A stretch of DNA of 63,978 bases, counting the filler, from Octopus bimaculoides (Eukaryota), in assembly GCF_001194135.2 (NCBI RefSeq). It is 7 parts of 7 records of this genome, joined end to end, with 100 filler letters (N's around TTAATTAATTAA, not from the genome) between each part and the next. Parts side by side here need not be neighbours in the genome. Positions count along the whole stretch, not along the records: positions 19,787 to 30,237 come from NC_068984.1; positions 30,338 to 44,135 come from NC_068997.1; 5 more parts are not named here. One strand, written 5' to 3'. Of this stretch, positions 24,698 to 37,729 are shown one piece after another (positions within the stretch are counted from its first letter, which is position 1; the number at the start of each line of letters is the position of its first letter). The notes beneath the pieces are model-generated. The model was not told where the DNA came from and searched no databases. It was given only the letters and a program-made list of their open reading frames with translations. The position numbers and the translations under genes were made by a program.

Positions 24698-24787
24698 TGA
24701 AAATAAAATAAACATTGTTATTATATTTTTTAAATCTCTTTGTACTGTCCCTTTATTCGACGCCTTTGTGGCAAATAAATGAATGAA

Positions 24788-24833
<46 letters not shown>

Positions 24834-25147
24834 CAACAATAATAATAATAATGAGAAGAGGAGGAGGAGGAGGGGNNNNNNNNNNNNNNNNNNNNNNNNN
24901 NNNNNNNNNNNNNNNNNNNNNNNNNNNNNNNNNNNNNAAGAAGAAGAAGAAGAAGAAGAAGAAGAAGAAGAAGAAGAAGAAGAAGAAGAAGAAAAAGAAG
25001 AAGAAGTAGGGTTTCTAATTTTGACACAAGGGGAGGGAGCAAATCCATTACAACGACCCTAGTATCAGACTGGTGCTTTGTTTTATCAATGAAGTACTGG
25101 GCCCTAAAATCGACTAATCTCACCTCAGAAAACCAAATTATTATTAC

Positions 25148-25229
25148 TGTTGTTGTTATTAAGGCTGCCTTATTAAGTTGTTGTCATTAAGGCTGCCTTA
25201 TTAAGTTGTTGCTATTAAGGCCGCCTTAT
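25148..25229. repeat. 28-bp tandem repeat x3, each unit containing the palindrome TAAGGC-N-GCCTTA
   Basis: AAGGC at 25161, 25189 and 25217. Confidence 0.9.
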
Positions 25230-25607
25230 ACACATAAAGAAATCTCTATATTTAAAAGCAAAAATATGACGACCAGAAACACAAATATTTATTACCATGA
25301 TAGACACATCAAAAACAAAATACTTGTACCTCGATCAAACATATGAGGCCTTCGCTAGAATTTTAAAAACAGATTTGTCAGCGTGGGCGGCCAGACAAAC
25401 TTCATTGGCATAGAAAAAAAAAACAAGCAAAAAATGTAGAAAAAATACATCCCAATCTGATTGGCCAAATGCTGACCCATCAATGCTGTAGATTGGAAAG
25501 AATGATGAGCAGACTTGATCGATTTTCAAGGTTTATTAGATTTTTATGAGAGGTACCTACATCACCTGACCAATCCAGAGAAACAAGTAGCCAACCTGGT
25601 TATATAC

Positions 25608-25973
25608 ACCACCATGCTTGAAATGGCAGCCAAAGCCTGACTCTAAAACCACATCATGTTTTCAATACAGCACAAAGTGAAAAGACAAATATATAGACCA
25701 GTGAAAAACTGGATAATTCCAGACCTTGGGTTTCTGGCTCTGTATAAAAATACTTTGCCTTAGTCAATGAAATATACCAAGAATTCTTGGTATATTTCAT
25801 TGGTATATTTCATTGACAAAGGCAAAATATTTTTATACAGACCCAGTAACCCTGGGTCTGGAATTATCCAATTTTTCACTAGTTTATTTATCTATTCGTC
25901 TTTTCATCTTGTGCTGTATTGAATACATAATGTTTTAGAGTCAGATTTTGACTGCTATTTCAAGTATGGTGGT
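25608..25973. mobile_element. Spacer-less foldback element (arms about 175-190 bp) centred on GAATTC 25781-86
   Basis: Arms pair end to end (ACCACCATGCTTGAAAT / ATTTCAAGTATGGTGGT; CTGACTCTAAAAC / GTTTTAGAGTCAG; GGATAATTCCAGACC / GGTCTGGAATTATCC). A 13-bp duplication lies right of the centre. Confidence 0.85.
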
Positions 25974-26151
25974 ATCTCTTAAATACCCTTAATTATAATT
26001 TTAATATATATATCGAATAAAGGCAGCATGGAGCGCGACGCGTAACCACAAAACGTGCTCATGAGCGCGTTCCACGCTTCTCTCTAGAATGCAATGTAGT
26101 ACGACGGATGGGCTACATACACCACCCTCAGGATAGGCTACATATATTCTT

Positions 26152-26361
26152 TTCTACTCTACGCACAAGGCCCGAAATGTTTGGGGAGGGGGCCAGTTTA
26201 TTACATCGATCCCAGTACGCAACTGGTACTTAATTTATCGATCCCGAAAGGATGAAAGCCAAAGTCGACCTCGGCGGAATTTGAATTCAGAGCGTAAAGA
26301 CAGACGAAATACAGCTTAGCGTTTCGCCCGGCGTGCTAACGTTTCTGCCAGTTCGCCGCCC
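26152..26361 (-). mobile_element. tRNA-SINE family B with a Deu/Nin-like central domain
   Basis: Minus strand: GGCGGCGAACTGGCAGAAACGTTAGC (box A), GAATTCAAATTCC (box B), then GACTTTGGCTTTCATCCTTTCGGGATCGATAAATTAAGTACCAG. Confidence 0.9.
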
Positions 26362-26690
26362 TGTAGACTATATATATTGGCTATAAATTGGTCCCCTATT
26401 GGAAGATACAAAGCTTAGGATTTACAAGAGTGAAGAATTTGAAAGCTGAGTATGCGAACTAATTTTGGTTCGTATTTAGTGACTATTATCTTGTTTTTGT
26501 TACTAATATTGACTGGAGTATTACTTCGTTGATTGTTACTGGAGTATTTTGTAACAAACAGAAAATAGCTGAGCGTAAACTCAAGATAAAATTAGCGTAC
26601 TCTTCAGCTCACTTCAAACCAAACTCTTACTCTCTTGCACTTGCCATGTATATTTTCTGATAGACATATAACTAGGTAAGAATATGAATG

Positions 26691-26739
<49 letters not shown>

Positions 26740-27585
26740 GTGCGTGCGCGCGCGTGTGTGTATGTGTGTGAATCCATTCAGTCATTTAAAAAGCTAATGA
26801 CTGAAATATGGCGGAATCCGTACAGAAACCAGAGAACTAAGATGAAAAGAAAGCTGAATTCAATCTCTCAAACGTCTACGTTGCCTTTCATCTTTACCAT
26901 GTCGATAAATTAAGTACCAGTAGTAAACGGAAGTAAGAGTCAAATCACTATAACCTTCTCTCCACGTTACAAATATAAGTCCCGCCTTATGCGTATGAAA
27001 GACATCAGTATTCTAGTAGGTCTTAAGGAAACAATATGCTTCCCTTTAGGTTGGGGTGGATTTCCTTTAGTGTTTTTTGTTATATTCCACCAACAACGAA
27101 AATGATATGCTGACGCCCAGTAATCTTCTGCCCCTATATAGTCTAAAATTTGGAGCGAAGAACAATGTCAACTCGAGGTTAAATAATAGGGAAGGAGGAG
27201 AAGAAAAAGAAAGAAAATCGGTACTCTATTTCACACCAATATACTTGTGAATAACATTTACTATGAAAATGTCACCATTAGTTGAAAGTCTTCATTATGA
27301 ATAATGACATGGTATTTATTACAATACATTGTTCACTAAACAATGACTTGCTTTCTTCAAATCCGCTATGACTGACATTGAAGAAGCCTGTCAATCGGCG
27401 ACGACTTAGTGAAATCACTCGAGTAGCTAACTGTACCAGGGACTAGTCAGGTCTTTCATCGTAATGTTGAAGCGGCGATAACATTTAAAGCGTCAAGAGT
27501 TGCGGGTCAAGGGGAGGGTTCAGTCCCGTATTATTTATATGTGGGAGGGAACCTGAACGTTAAAAATTATACACCTGTGTGTGGG

Positions 27586-27617
<32 letters not shown>

Positions 27618-27728
27618 TGTATGTATGTATGAATGTATGTATGTATGTATGCATGCATGTATGCATGCATGTATGTATGTATGAATATATGTATGTATGT
27701 ATGTATGAATATATGTATGTATGTATGA

Positions 27729-27761
<33 letters not shown>

Positions 27762-28164
27762 TGTATGTATGAATGAATGTATGTATGTATGCGTGCATGT
27801 ACGTGCGTATGGTGTTAACACACTGGTGTGTTGATTATCCATAGATCGGCTTTGATATAAGAAGTTTCTAAATTTCCTTTATGAACTTAACTCTTCATTC
27901 ATTAAATTTCCGATCTTTAGAATATTTACAATATTTAAAATATTTTTCTTTTTACATTTTTTAGAATATCTTTCGCGTTTGCACAAAGAAATAAATGTCT
28001 AAAGTTGTGCTAAGTAAACAGAATAAACCCTTAGTAAGAGCCTGATTTAAAAATATGGTTTAATCGGTTTGGGTACAAACATTGAACGTTGCAGAACCTA
28101 AATTAAAACAGAGTCATGATGTCCTACTGTTTCTGGAAGTTTGTCATTTTATATGTTTAAATAA

Positions 28165-29450
28165 CACTGGTCAACAAAATGAAACTTTTTTTTTATCATC
28201 AGAGTTGCTGATTGACTTTTCTGGGTTAATTTTTGAAGCTGATTACGAATCTGAAGTCCGATTTCCTCTATCAGGTCACATTTTCATGTTATTGATACCT
28301 GAACTTATAGGATACGTAAAGCATGTCTATATAAAGTATACTGAATACAAGATACGATAATTTCATGGCTTTTTATAGTACAAAATTAAAATTATTGTGT
28401 ACAAATAAGTTAGAATACACTCAAATGCATAACAACTTAAAATCTTTGGGATTTGAACTTTCTATGGGGTTTTATCTCAGGTTCATCCCTGTATAACATC
28501 CGACAGTAGTCAGCTAACATTCCTGCATTCCAAAATCGTTGATATCGTTGTTCCATTGATGCAATATCTTGATGAAAGCGTTCCCCTTACTCATCAGACA
28601 CTGCTCCGAGGTTTTCTGCAAAAAGGTCCAGGTGTGAATCAAGGAAATGGACTTTTAGTAACATCCGACAGCCCATTGCCGCGTAGGAGTCTAGAAGACA
28701 TTTCACTCCATTTCTAAACTCTAGAGATCTCTTGTTGCCTAGGAAATTTTAACAGAGCCATTTGAAGGATTCCCGGGTTTTAAGCTCAATCTCATCCAGT
28801 GCTGTGAGGAAGTGGTTATCCTTCAGGAGTTCTTTTATCTGCAGACCTATGAATACGCCCTCCTTCAGTTTTGCCTCGGTGATTTTTGGAAATTTGGCCT
28901 TCACATATTCAAACCTTTTGAGCTTTTCCTGGCAAGTGTCTTCACGAATTGTTTCATGAGGCCAAGCTTTATGTGAAAAGGGGGAAGAACAACATTTTCT
29001 GGTTTTAAAAGTGGCTTACTCTGGACGCTAGAAACTCCTGGCTCATATGATTTTCGCAAAGGCCACTCTGATTGCACATAGTGCTTGTTAGTTGCACGAC
29101 TGTCNNNNNNNNNNACTCTGATTGCACATAGTGCTTGTTAGTTGCACGACTGTCCCATAGGCATAAAAAAGCAATAATATTTCGTGAACCCAGATTGCAT
29201 TCCCATCAACATTCCAGCCACCATCAAGTCTCCGCATATTTTCCAGCTGTAGTTTGTATACTTTATAGCATTGAGGAGTACTTGCATGTTTTCATTACAC
29301 TCCTTCATATGCACTGAATGTCCTATGGGAATGAATGGTTTCTTATTGCCGTTATCACAGGAACCAATAGATAAAAGGCCCTCAAGATGATTGTAATTCC
29401 AACAGAGCTGCTTCAAGGTAGCTGTGGATTAAGAGTTGCGAGCGTTGGAT
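28165..29450 (-). mobile_element. Decayed DNA transposon, Chapaev3-like (CMC) transposase
   Basis: NGNKKPFIPIGHSVHMKE..WKICGDLMVAGMLMGMQSGFTKYYCF; LPPFHIKLGLMKQFVK..EGVFIGLQIKEL..KVHFLDSHLDLFAENLGAVSDE*GERFHQDIASMEQRYQ..MLADYC. Terminus CACTGGTCAACAAAA at 28165. The transposase is clear; the family name is from recall. Confidence 0.8.
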
Positions 29451-30586
29451 ACGAGGGGCAGTGCTAATTATTTCTAAACTGGAGCTTAATCAACCCTTTC
29501 CGGATCCCTGAGTGAGAGTTTCAAAAATACCCAATGACCTCAGGAAATAAAACGTCATTAGAACTGTTCTTCCACTGGATATCAGTGTCATAAAACTTCT
29601 TAAGCAACGTTCACATTAATGCCATCGTCGTCATCATCATCATCATCATGAAAAGATACAACGCCCAATGCAACATAAAAATTACAACTCCAATTATTCA
29701 AATCAAAAAGCCTATGGTAAATTACGAACAGCCTTAAACAAAGCAAACGGCGGCCGCACTCAATCGAGATAAAATTTGGCATCAAACAAATAAGCAAAGA
29801 AACGACAAAAAAAAAAAAAATAGAAGAAAATTATGATATGTAAAAGCAGAAAAAAGGCAAATATTTACATCCTTCATAAACAACAAAATGGACAATTATA
29901 TACTAGATTTGGTATGGTAGTAAGAACCATCATCAATTCTGTATTATGTGCTTCAACAATAACTTCAACAATATACCTCAACCCCCTTATCTAAATTTGC
30001 CTCCAGAAACAGAAACAACGAAAATAGGTGCACAAATCATAAGATATGTGCCTAGAACATAACTTCGGTCCATAGAATCATAGAAATGTTCGTAATGCAT
30101 GTATGCCAGTGAACATGTGTATATAAATTTTAGGCGTAAAGTATACTTCTGTAGTATTTTTTCTTCACTAATGCATATTGTACATGCGACGTCTATGCAC
30201 CATAGTGTTTTCTTACACATTTTATGCTTGAAGCCCANNNNNNNNNNNNNNNNNNNNNNNNNNNNNNNNNNNNNNNNNNNNTTAATTAATTAANNNNNNN
30301 NNNNNNNNNNNNNNNNNNNNNNNNNNNNNNNNNNNNNTATATATGCATATATATATATATATGCATATATATATATATATGCATATATATATATATATAT
30401 GCATATATATATATATATGCATATATCTATATACGTATATGTGTATATAATTATACGCATGCGCTCATAAACACACACTCTGAAAAAGATACAAAATGTG
30501 GTGCACGCCAAGGTTCTTGTACATGACCCTTACTGTTCTGTTCTTACCTGTCTGCTACTTTTAACGACTTCCACTATTGTTTAGAT

Positions 30587-30770
30587 CAGTGCCTCTCAAC
30601 CATTTTTCACCTAGGAGACTCTTTTGGTTCCTATTTTGCTCCGACGGACCTTCATAGTCTTCCGATGTTTAAAAAAACCTACAATGTAATCATAATAAGG
30701 AATTGCATTAAAAATTGTTAAAAATGTTTTGTGTACTGTGGAAGCATAATCACTTATTTGGACAGGCGCA
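30587..30770 (+). mobile_element. Possible hAT-type non-autonomous element end
   Basis: Starts CAGTGCCTCTCAACC, similar to the reverse complement of GGTTGAGAACCACTG at about 47942-47956. Confidence 0.4.
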
Positions 30771-30971
30771 GGCGTGGCCGTGTGGTAAGAAGCTTGCTTC
30801 CCAACTATGAAATATAAAATGAACTTTCTCCAATTTTTTTTGTATTTCGATAAGAAAAAAATCCACAAACTTCTGTCACAATAAACCATTATTCTCTGTG
30901 AAAGCTGTTTTTTTTAATGTTTACAACATATTGCTTGAAGCTAACGTTCTTCCTACACCTTGATGCTTGGA

Positions 30972-31018
<47 letters not shown>

Positions 31019-31019
31019 C

Positions 31020-31160
31020 ACGGGTTCTTTTCAGCTTTCATTTACAAAATCCACTTACAAGGCTTTGTTCGGCCCAGGGTAAAAGAGAAGGCACCTGCAC
31101 GTGGTGTCACTTAGTGAGACTGGACTCAAAACCACTTGGTTGGTGAGCAAGCTTCCCAAC
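31020..31160 (-). mobile_element. SINE A 5' half, degraded, abutting (TA)n
   Basis: Similar to the reverse complement of 14090-14240. Confidence 0.75.
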
Positions 31161-32010
31161 CACATAGCCACCCGTACCATCGTGAATATTATCAACTGTT
31201 TTGGAACGTATAAGTTTATAACAAATTATAATGCATAATAAATTATAAATTCACATTTGTACCAGTAATTATTACGGCACTTGTCTGTGTTACTAGATTG
31301 TAAATAAAACATTTCCAAATGCTGGGGTTTTTTTTTTTTTTAGAGAAAGACAGAAAAACCATCGAAATTGAATTACACAAACAGAATCGGTAAAAGCGGA
31401 ACAGTGAAAATATGTAAGACGTTATTTTGATATCATCATCATCATATTACTATTATTATTATTATTATTATTATTATTATCGTGGTTGTTGTTTTGAAAC
31501 TCAATATGAAATTCGAAACGTTTGTTGATATCTAAATTCTACTGATGATTTTTTTTTTTATTAATTAGGAACCAAGTTCCTTCTTTATTACAGGAATTCA
31601 TAGAATATTTAAAACGAAACAGAAATATTCTTACATACATTACATTCACACACTCACTACACATTTACATACATACATAGATGCAGATATCACATANNNN
31701 NNNNNNNNNNNNNNNNNNNNNNNNNNNNNNNNNNNNNNNNNNNNNNNNNNNNNNNNNNNNNNNNNNNNNNNNNNNNNNNNNNNNNNNNNNNNNNNNNNNN
31801 NNNNNNNNNNNNNNNNNNNNNNNNNNNNNNNNNNNNNNNNNNNNNNNNNNNNNNNNNNNNNNNNNNNNNNNNNNNNNNNNNNNNNNNNNNNNNNNNNNNN
31901 NNNNNNNNNNNNNNNNNNNNNNNNNNNNNNNNNNNNNNNNNNNNNNNNNNNNNNNNNNNNNNNNNNNNNNNNNNNNNNNNNNNNNNNNNNNNNNNNNNNN
32001 NNNNNNNNNN

Positions 32011-32240
32011 GAACCGATAGATTACGGGGACGCAATCGCACCAGCATCGGTTGTCAAGTAATATATATATATATATAAACATATATTACGACGGGCTTCT
32101 TTCAGTTTCCGTCTACCAAATTCACAAGTCTTTGGTCGGCCCGAGGCTATAGTAGAAGACACTTTCCCAAGATACCACGCAGTGGGACTGAACCCGGAAC
32201 CATGTGGCTGGTAAGCAAGCTACTTACCACACAGCCACTC
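32011..32240 (-). mobile_element. SINE A (head and middle, tail lost in gap)
   Basis: GGGACTGAACCCGGAACCATGTGGCTGGTAAGCAAGCTACTTACCACACAGCCAC. Confidence 0.9.
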
Positions 32241-32289
32241 TTATATATATGTAATTTATAACTTCTATATATATATATATATATATATA

Positions 32290-32480
32290 TTATTTGGGTC
32301 GAATCAGCCCCTTATTATTCTGTGTTTCGCTTTTGAATGCAGAGGATCATCAGGTAACTTACCTGAAGATCCTGTGAAACTCGAAGTAGCAAGCGACTGC
32401 TTCGATGAAGTTAATATATTATTAATCTCTACTAAGATACTGAGCGCTCTTTTCCCGACAGTCACCACGAAATGGATATA
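32290..32480. mobile_element. Possible Penelope-like terminal sequence between (TA)n tracts, with degenerate hammerhead-like words on both strands
   Basis: Plus strand CTGAAGA 32363-69..GAAAC 32376-80..GTA; minus strand CTGATGA..GAAAC; near-palindrome 32343-32373. Confidence 0.35.
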
Positions 32481-32689
32481 TATATATATATATATATATG
32501 ATGGATTCTCCCGTCGTGAACGAGAAATGAGAGTTCAGTAAAATAAAGCCTTAATCATGTTCTATGGACACAAATGTGTCTCTTGAGGCCCTGCTGGAGC
32601 CTTGTAAACCTTTTGGTAAATGGAATAAGTTGAGGACTCAATTTGCTTGAGTGCTTGTGGATTATTTATGTGTGCTTGTAGTTGGTACT

Positions 32690-33545
32690 ATTGTGGTCGC
32701 GTGATCAAAGTTTGAAGCTAATCACGCCGTTTTTCTTTTTGGCTTTACAGTGTAAGTATGGCCGCTCCACTAACAATGTGCCACCAAAGAAGAACAAGGA
32801 GCAGTGAACCGATTTCTCTGGTCGGAAGGTGTGTCAGGGGCTGAAATTTATCGGAGGAAAGATGGGAACCAAGATAGCTTACTGCAGAGCACAAGCGCAA
32901 ACGTCTTGAGGTCCGCCAATGTTTACTCGATCGCTACAACGAGGAAACTTTGAGCAGGATAGTCACAGGAGATGAAACGTGAGTTCATCATTATGAGGCA
33001 GAATCCAAAAGAGTATGGAGTGGAAACATACTGGCTCGCCAACGATGAAGAAGTTCACGACTCAGTCTTCCGCGGTAAAGGTGATGCTAACCTCTTTTTT
33101 GGGGACTCAAAAGAACCTATACTGGGAAATTAGCTGGAAAAGGGCTGTACGATCAGCAGTGCGAGATAGAGTGCTTTACTGGCCAACAAACTGAAGCCAG
33201 CAATGCGTACCAAAACCCGAAGCCTATTGTCGAAGAAAGTTTTGTTGTTGCATGACAATGCACACCCACACACGGCCATCCAGACCGTTGAAACCATTAA
33301 ACAAGGATTTTAAGGTTCTCGAACCCCTGCCTTTAGCCCAGATCTCGCCCCTTCCATATCTTTGGACCGTTCAAAGATGGTTTACGAGATTGTGGATTTC
33401 CTATGGAGGAAGATGTGAAGGAAGCGAAGCATGAATGGTTATATGTCTAACCGAAAATCTCTCTTCATAGAGAGAATATGCAAGCTTGTGGACCGCTGGA
33501 CCAAGTGCATCGAAAAGGAAGGAGGCTATATACAAAAATGATGTA
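32690..33545 (+). mobile_element. Mariner (D,D34D-type) transposase pseudogene, internally deleted
   Basis: ATG 32758. MAAPLTM..EEQGAVNRFLWSEGVSGAEIYR / RIVTGDET*VHHYE / KKVLLLHDNAHPHTA / FSPDLAP / LVDRWTKCIEKEGGYIQK* (TGA 33539-41). Confidence 0.92.
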
Positions 33546-33879
33546 CTTGCGACCACCTAACTCAATCCTGTTTCCAATCCACCCCGGCTAAAGAACCCCC
33601 CCCCCCCGATATTCTATAGTTAACATAGTTAATGGTTAACAACGCGGCCTCCACCACCACCATCATCACCTCTTCGGCCAACAACAACAACAACAACAAT
33701 GCCACCCTCATCTCATTATCCCCGTCATCGTCACCGCCCCTTATCTTCTAGGGTCCTCTCTGCCCATCACTCTTTCTACAATTATGTAAGACCCTCCGCT
33801 ACACTTGTTACTCCCCCCTTCGTCGGTCTTTTTATTGGACTCGTTCATTCTTTCAATAAAATACACACACACACATACA

Positions 33880-34270
33880 TACTCTCTCTCTCTCACAAAC
33901 ACACACGTGTGTGTGTGTGCTTATACATTGAGACAACCCTTGCAAACAATATATAACATCTCTTGTAAGTAGCTCTCAATGAATCAGAAGTTAACACTCC
34001 CACCACCACCACCACCACCGCCAACATCATCAGCAGTACCACTGTCAGCAGAAACATTGCCATTGTCACCACCACCACCCCCGTCACCACCACCAATATC
34101 ATCATGGTCATGGAAAAATTTAAGGAATGGTAAAAGTTTATTGTAGTGCTATTATGCGTCTCCACTCCCCACCCAAAACCTCCGATCACACTCCTCACAC
34201 CCTTATCTCTGCAGCTACACCCGTAACTAGATTTTTTCCTATTTAAATATACCCCCTTTGTCATAATTAG

Positions 34271-34301
<31 letters not shown>

Positions 34302-34660
34302 TATATACACACACACACATATATATATATACACACACACATATATATATATACACACACACATATATATATATATACACACACACATATATATACACAC
34401 ACACACACATATATATACACACACACACACATATATATATATACACACACATATATATATATACACACACACATATATATATATACACACACACATATAT
34501 ATATATATACACACATGTATATATATATATATACACACACACACATATATATATATACGCATATATATATAAATATATATATATATATACATATATATAC
34601 ACACACACACACACACACATACACGCACACGCATATGTATAGGTATACATATGTATATAT
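33880..34660. repeat. (CAC)n and long (TA)/(CA) compound microsatellites
   Basis: Direct reading. Confidence 0.9.
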
Positions 34661-35613
34661 ATGCAGTAACCTTTTCTTTTTTCATGCAACCATTCTTTCT
34701 CACTCCTCACAATAAACTACAAAAACTGCATTGAATCGAAAGGAGAGAAAACACTCTTCTTTTACAAGTTTCTTATTTTCTTGCATATTATTTTCTATCA
34801 TGCTTTCTTAGTTTCTTTTTTTTTCTTTTCGATTTCCGTATTTAGATTTTCGTATTTCGTTTTCGTTTTCCGTTTAACACTTTTTTTGTTGTTATTTTAC
34901 ATTAACCATAGATACATAGATACATATATACATATATCTGTATTTTTTCCATTGTAATTCGCCATTTTCGTGTCGTTTTTATTCCATTAAGCGTTGTATT
35001 AACATTGTGTGCCATTAATCTTTCTACAATGACATTACCAGAAAATATCAATACGGTAAAAAAAAAAAAAAAAAAAAAAGACAAGAGAAAGAAGAAAATG
35101 TAGAAACAAGAAAGAGAGTGTATAAATTGTAAATATATACAGAAATAAAGAAAATGGTAGGTGGGTGGGAATAGGGGTTATAGGAGATAAGATATTTAAT
35201 TAATGGATTAATTGGATGGAAATTATATCGGATTTGAATACGTGTACGATGATACAAGCAGGGATATATATGCATATATACATAGAGGTAGGGTATAAGA
35301 TATATATATATATATATATATACATATATATATACACATACATACATGTAATCACACAAACATACATGTAATCACACACACACATATATATATATAATTT
35401 TAACACACACGCACACTTGCATGTATTCATATGTATGAGTGTATATATTTATTTATTTATATATATGTATGTTTATGTGTATATGCATAAAACATTTTGT
35501 ATAGAGATACCACATACATGTTTTATAATCTATAGCTACTACAGATACACGTGTATAATAATATCCATCCATCCATCTATCTATCTATACATACATACAT
35601 CCGCATACATACT

Positions 35614-35657
<44 letters not shown>

Positions 35658-35792
35658 GTAGGTTTATGTAAAGCTGTATATATAAAGAGAATTAAAGGTA
35701 ATGCTATGCACCTTCGTACTAATCCTTATTATTGTTGTTATATATATATATATATACATATATATACATACATACATATATATACATAAATG

Positions 35793-35839
<47 letters not shown>

Positions 35840-36340
35840 ATAAACGTGTGTGTGTTGTATATGTGTATGTATGTATAAATGTGCATATTAAATCAGAGCA
35901 TTAGAGATTGTTATTTCTGTTTGTTAACGTAAATATTTTTACATTTCCGTCTGTTTTGTTTTGTTTTGCTTTTTGTTGTTTTTACATTTTTTTTTGTCTC
36001 TCTTCTTCGCGCCATTTCTCTTCTAAAATATATTTAATTTCATTTATTAATTAACCTCGTTAATTATACAATCACTCATTCTTTTGTTTGATAATTTCTC
36101 TGCTAATTTTTACTTAATTATTTAACTTAGCAACTATTCTAGCTAAGCGCCAGGGAAACGGAAGAAAAGTTTCACCTATTTGTCTCGAGGTCGTAATTTC
36201 GATTTTCACCTGTGCCTACTTCACATAACTTCCGGTATAAACGTTGTTTAGAAAGACAATCAAAACCTCAGAATCATATCAGAACTTGTTGGTTTCGATT
36301 CAAGCTTACAGCCAGATTATTCCATTTATATTTCTATCTT

Positions 36341-36856
36341 TGGTGGCAGAATCGTTAGTGCGTCGAACAAAACGCTTGGTGTCATTTCTTCTGATTCTTT
36401 AGGATTTGAGTTCAAATACTCCCAAGTTCAACTTTGCCTTTCATCATTTCGGTGTTGATTAAAAAAATAAAGAGTCGAGTTTTATGGGTTGATGTAATCG
36501 ACATGACTTCTTCCCTGAAGATTGCTGGCCTTGTGCAAAAATTAGAAAGGATTATTATTATAATTATTATTAAGACAGTGAACTGGTAGAATCCTTAGCA
36601 CGCCGGACAAAATTCTCATCGGCGTTTTGTCCGTCTTTATGGTCTGTGTTCAGATTCCGCCGATGTCGACTTTGCCTTTCATCCTTTCGGGGTCGATAGA
36701 TTAAGTACCAGTTGCGTACTGGGGTCGATCTAATCGACTGGCCCACTCCCCAAACATTTCAGGCCTTGTGTCTAGAGCAGAAAATATTATTATTATTATT
36801 ATTATTATTATTAAAGCAGGGAGCTGGCAGAATCGTTAGCACACCGGGCGAAATGC
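36341..36856 (+). mobile_element. Three head-to-tail family-B SINEs separated by (ATT)n
   Basis: Heads near 36341, 36575 and 36815; (ATT)n at 36551-71 and 36786-812. The third copy is head-only. Confidence 0.88.
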
Positions 36857-37139
36857 CGTAAGATTTGGGGAAATGAGAATCTGTGATGTGCATGCCTTTC
36901 CCAAGGGCATGAACGATAAAAAGTTTCCAACCAGGAACTTAAACTCCGTCGCTGCAAGTTCTGTAAAAAAATATAATAATGTTTTCTAAAATATCAGCGG
37001 ATGAGAGATAAATCTCCTCCTGGTAAGCGCTAGCTGATCTCATAACTTTCCCGGAAGGCTGGGCAGCAAACCTTCTCGGGGCTAAACAACTGGACGAAGT
37101 GTAATGGTTATTGCTTAAATTCGCATTCTCTCTGTGGGG

Positions 37140-37400
37140 GTCGTGCGCTAAGCTGGTGCAGTTAGTGTGGAGGCTCGATGGGCAGACCATGCTTGCAGGA
37201 TAGACAGAGGCAAGCTTCCAAAGCTAGTCTTTTACGCTGAACTTCGTCGAAGTAGCAGGAACCGTAGTGGCCAGAGGTTGCGATTCAGTGATGTGATGAA
37301 GAGACATATAAAGAAGTGTGGAATTTCCCCCAGACATGTAGGAGGAGAGGGCATTGCGATACGATGAATGGCACCAGAGCACATGAGAGGCACCGCCTCT
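37140..37400 (+). mobile_element. RTE-clade LINE C-terminal fragment
   Basis: RWADHACRIDRGKLPKLVFYAELRRSSRNRSGQRLRFSDVMKRHIKKCGISP, matching the RTE pattern RWxGHxxRMxxxRLPKxxxYxELxxGxRxxGxQxxRxxDxLK. Confidence 0.8.
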
Positions 37401-37729
37401 CTTTGAGTCAAGTAGCTTCACTTGCCATCGCTGCTGCAGATCAAGGGTAGGCCTTGTAGCCCATATGGGAGCCTACTAGAGACGATTGCTGAACAGGAGC
37501 AGTCAACGTCGATCTACGACGGACAACCAATGGCCGCGACGATTTTTATCAAAAGTTAGAAATAAAAAAAAGAAATAGTTGGAGCAAATTTGAATTCTTC
37601 CTCTATTTATGTCAATATAACATTTTAGTTACCCCTGGAGCAGTTTGAAGCAAGATTGACATCAAAGGTGTTTGAAATCGCTACCGAAAGAAAATCTAAT
37701 CTAAACATATTGCTCTGTGGTGACAAGCC

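Noticed and set aside
29065-29153. About 40-bp direct repeat either side of a 10-N gap (similarly 51845-51950)
   Set aside because: Typical unmerged contig overlap, not a real duplication or TSD.
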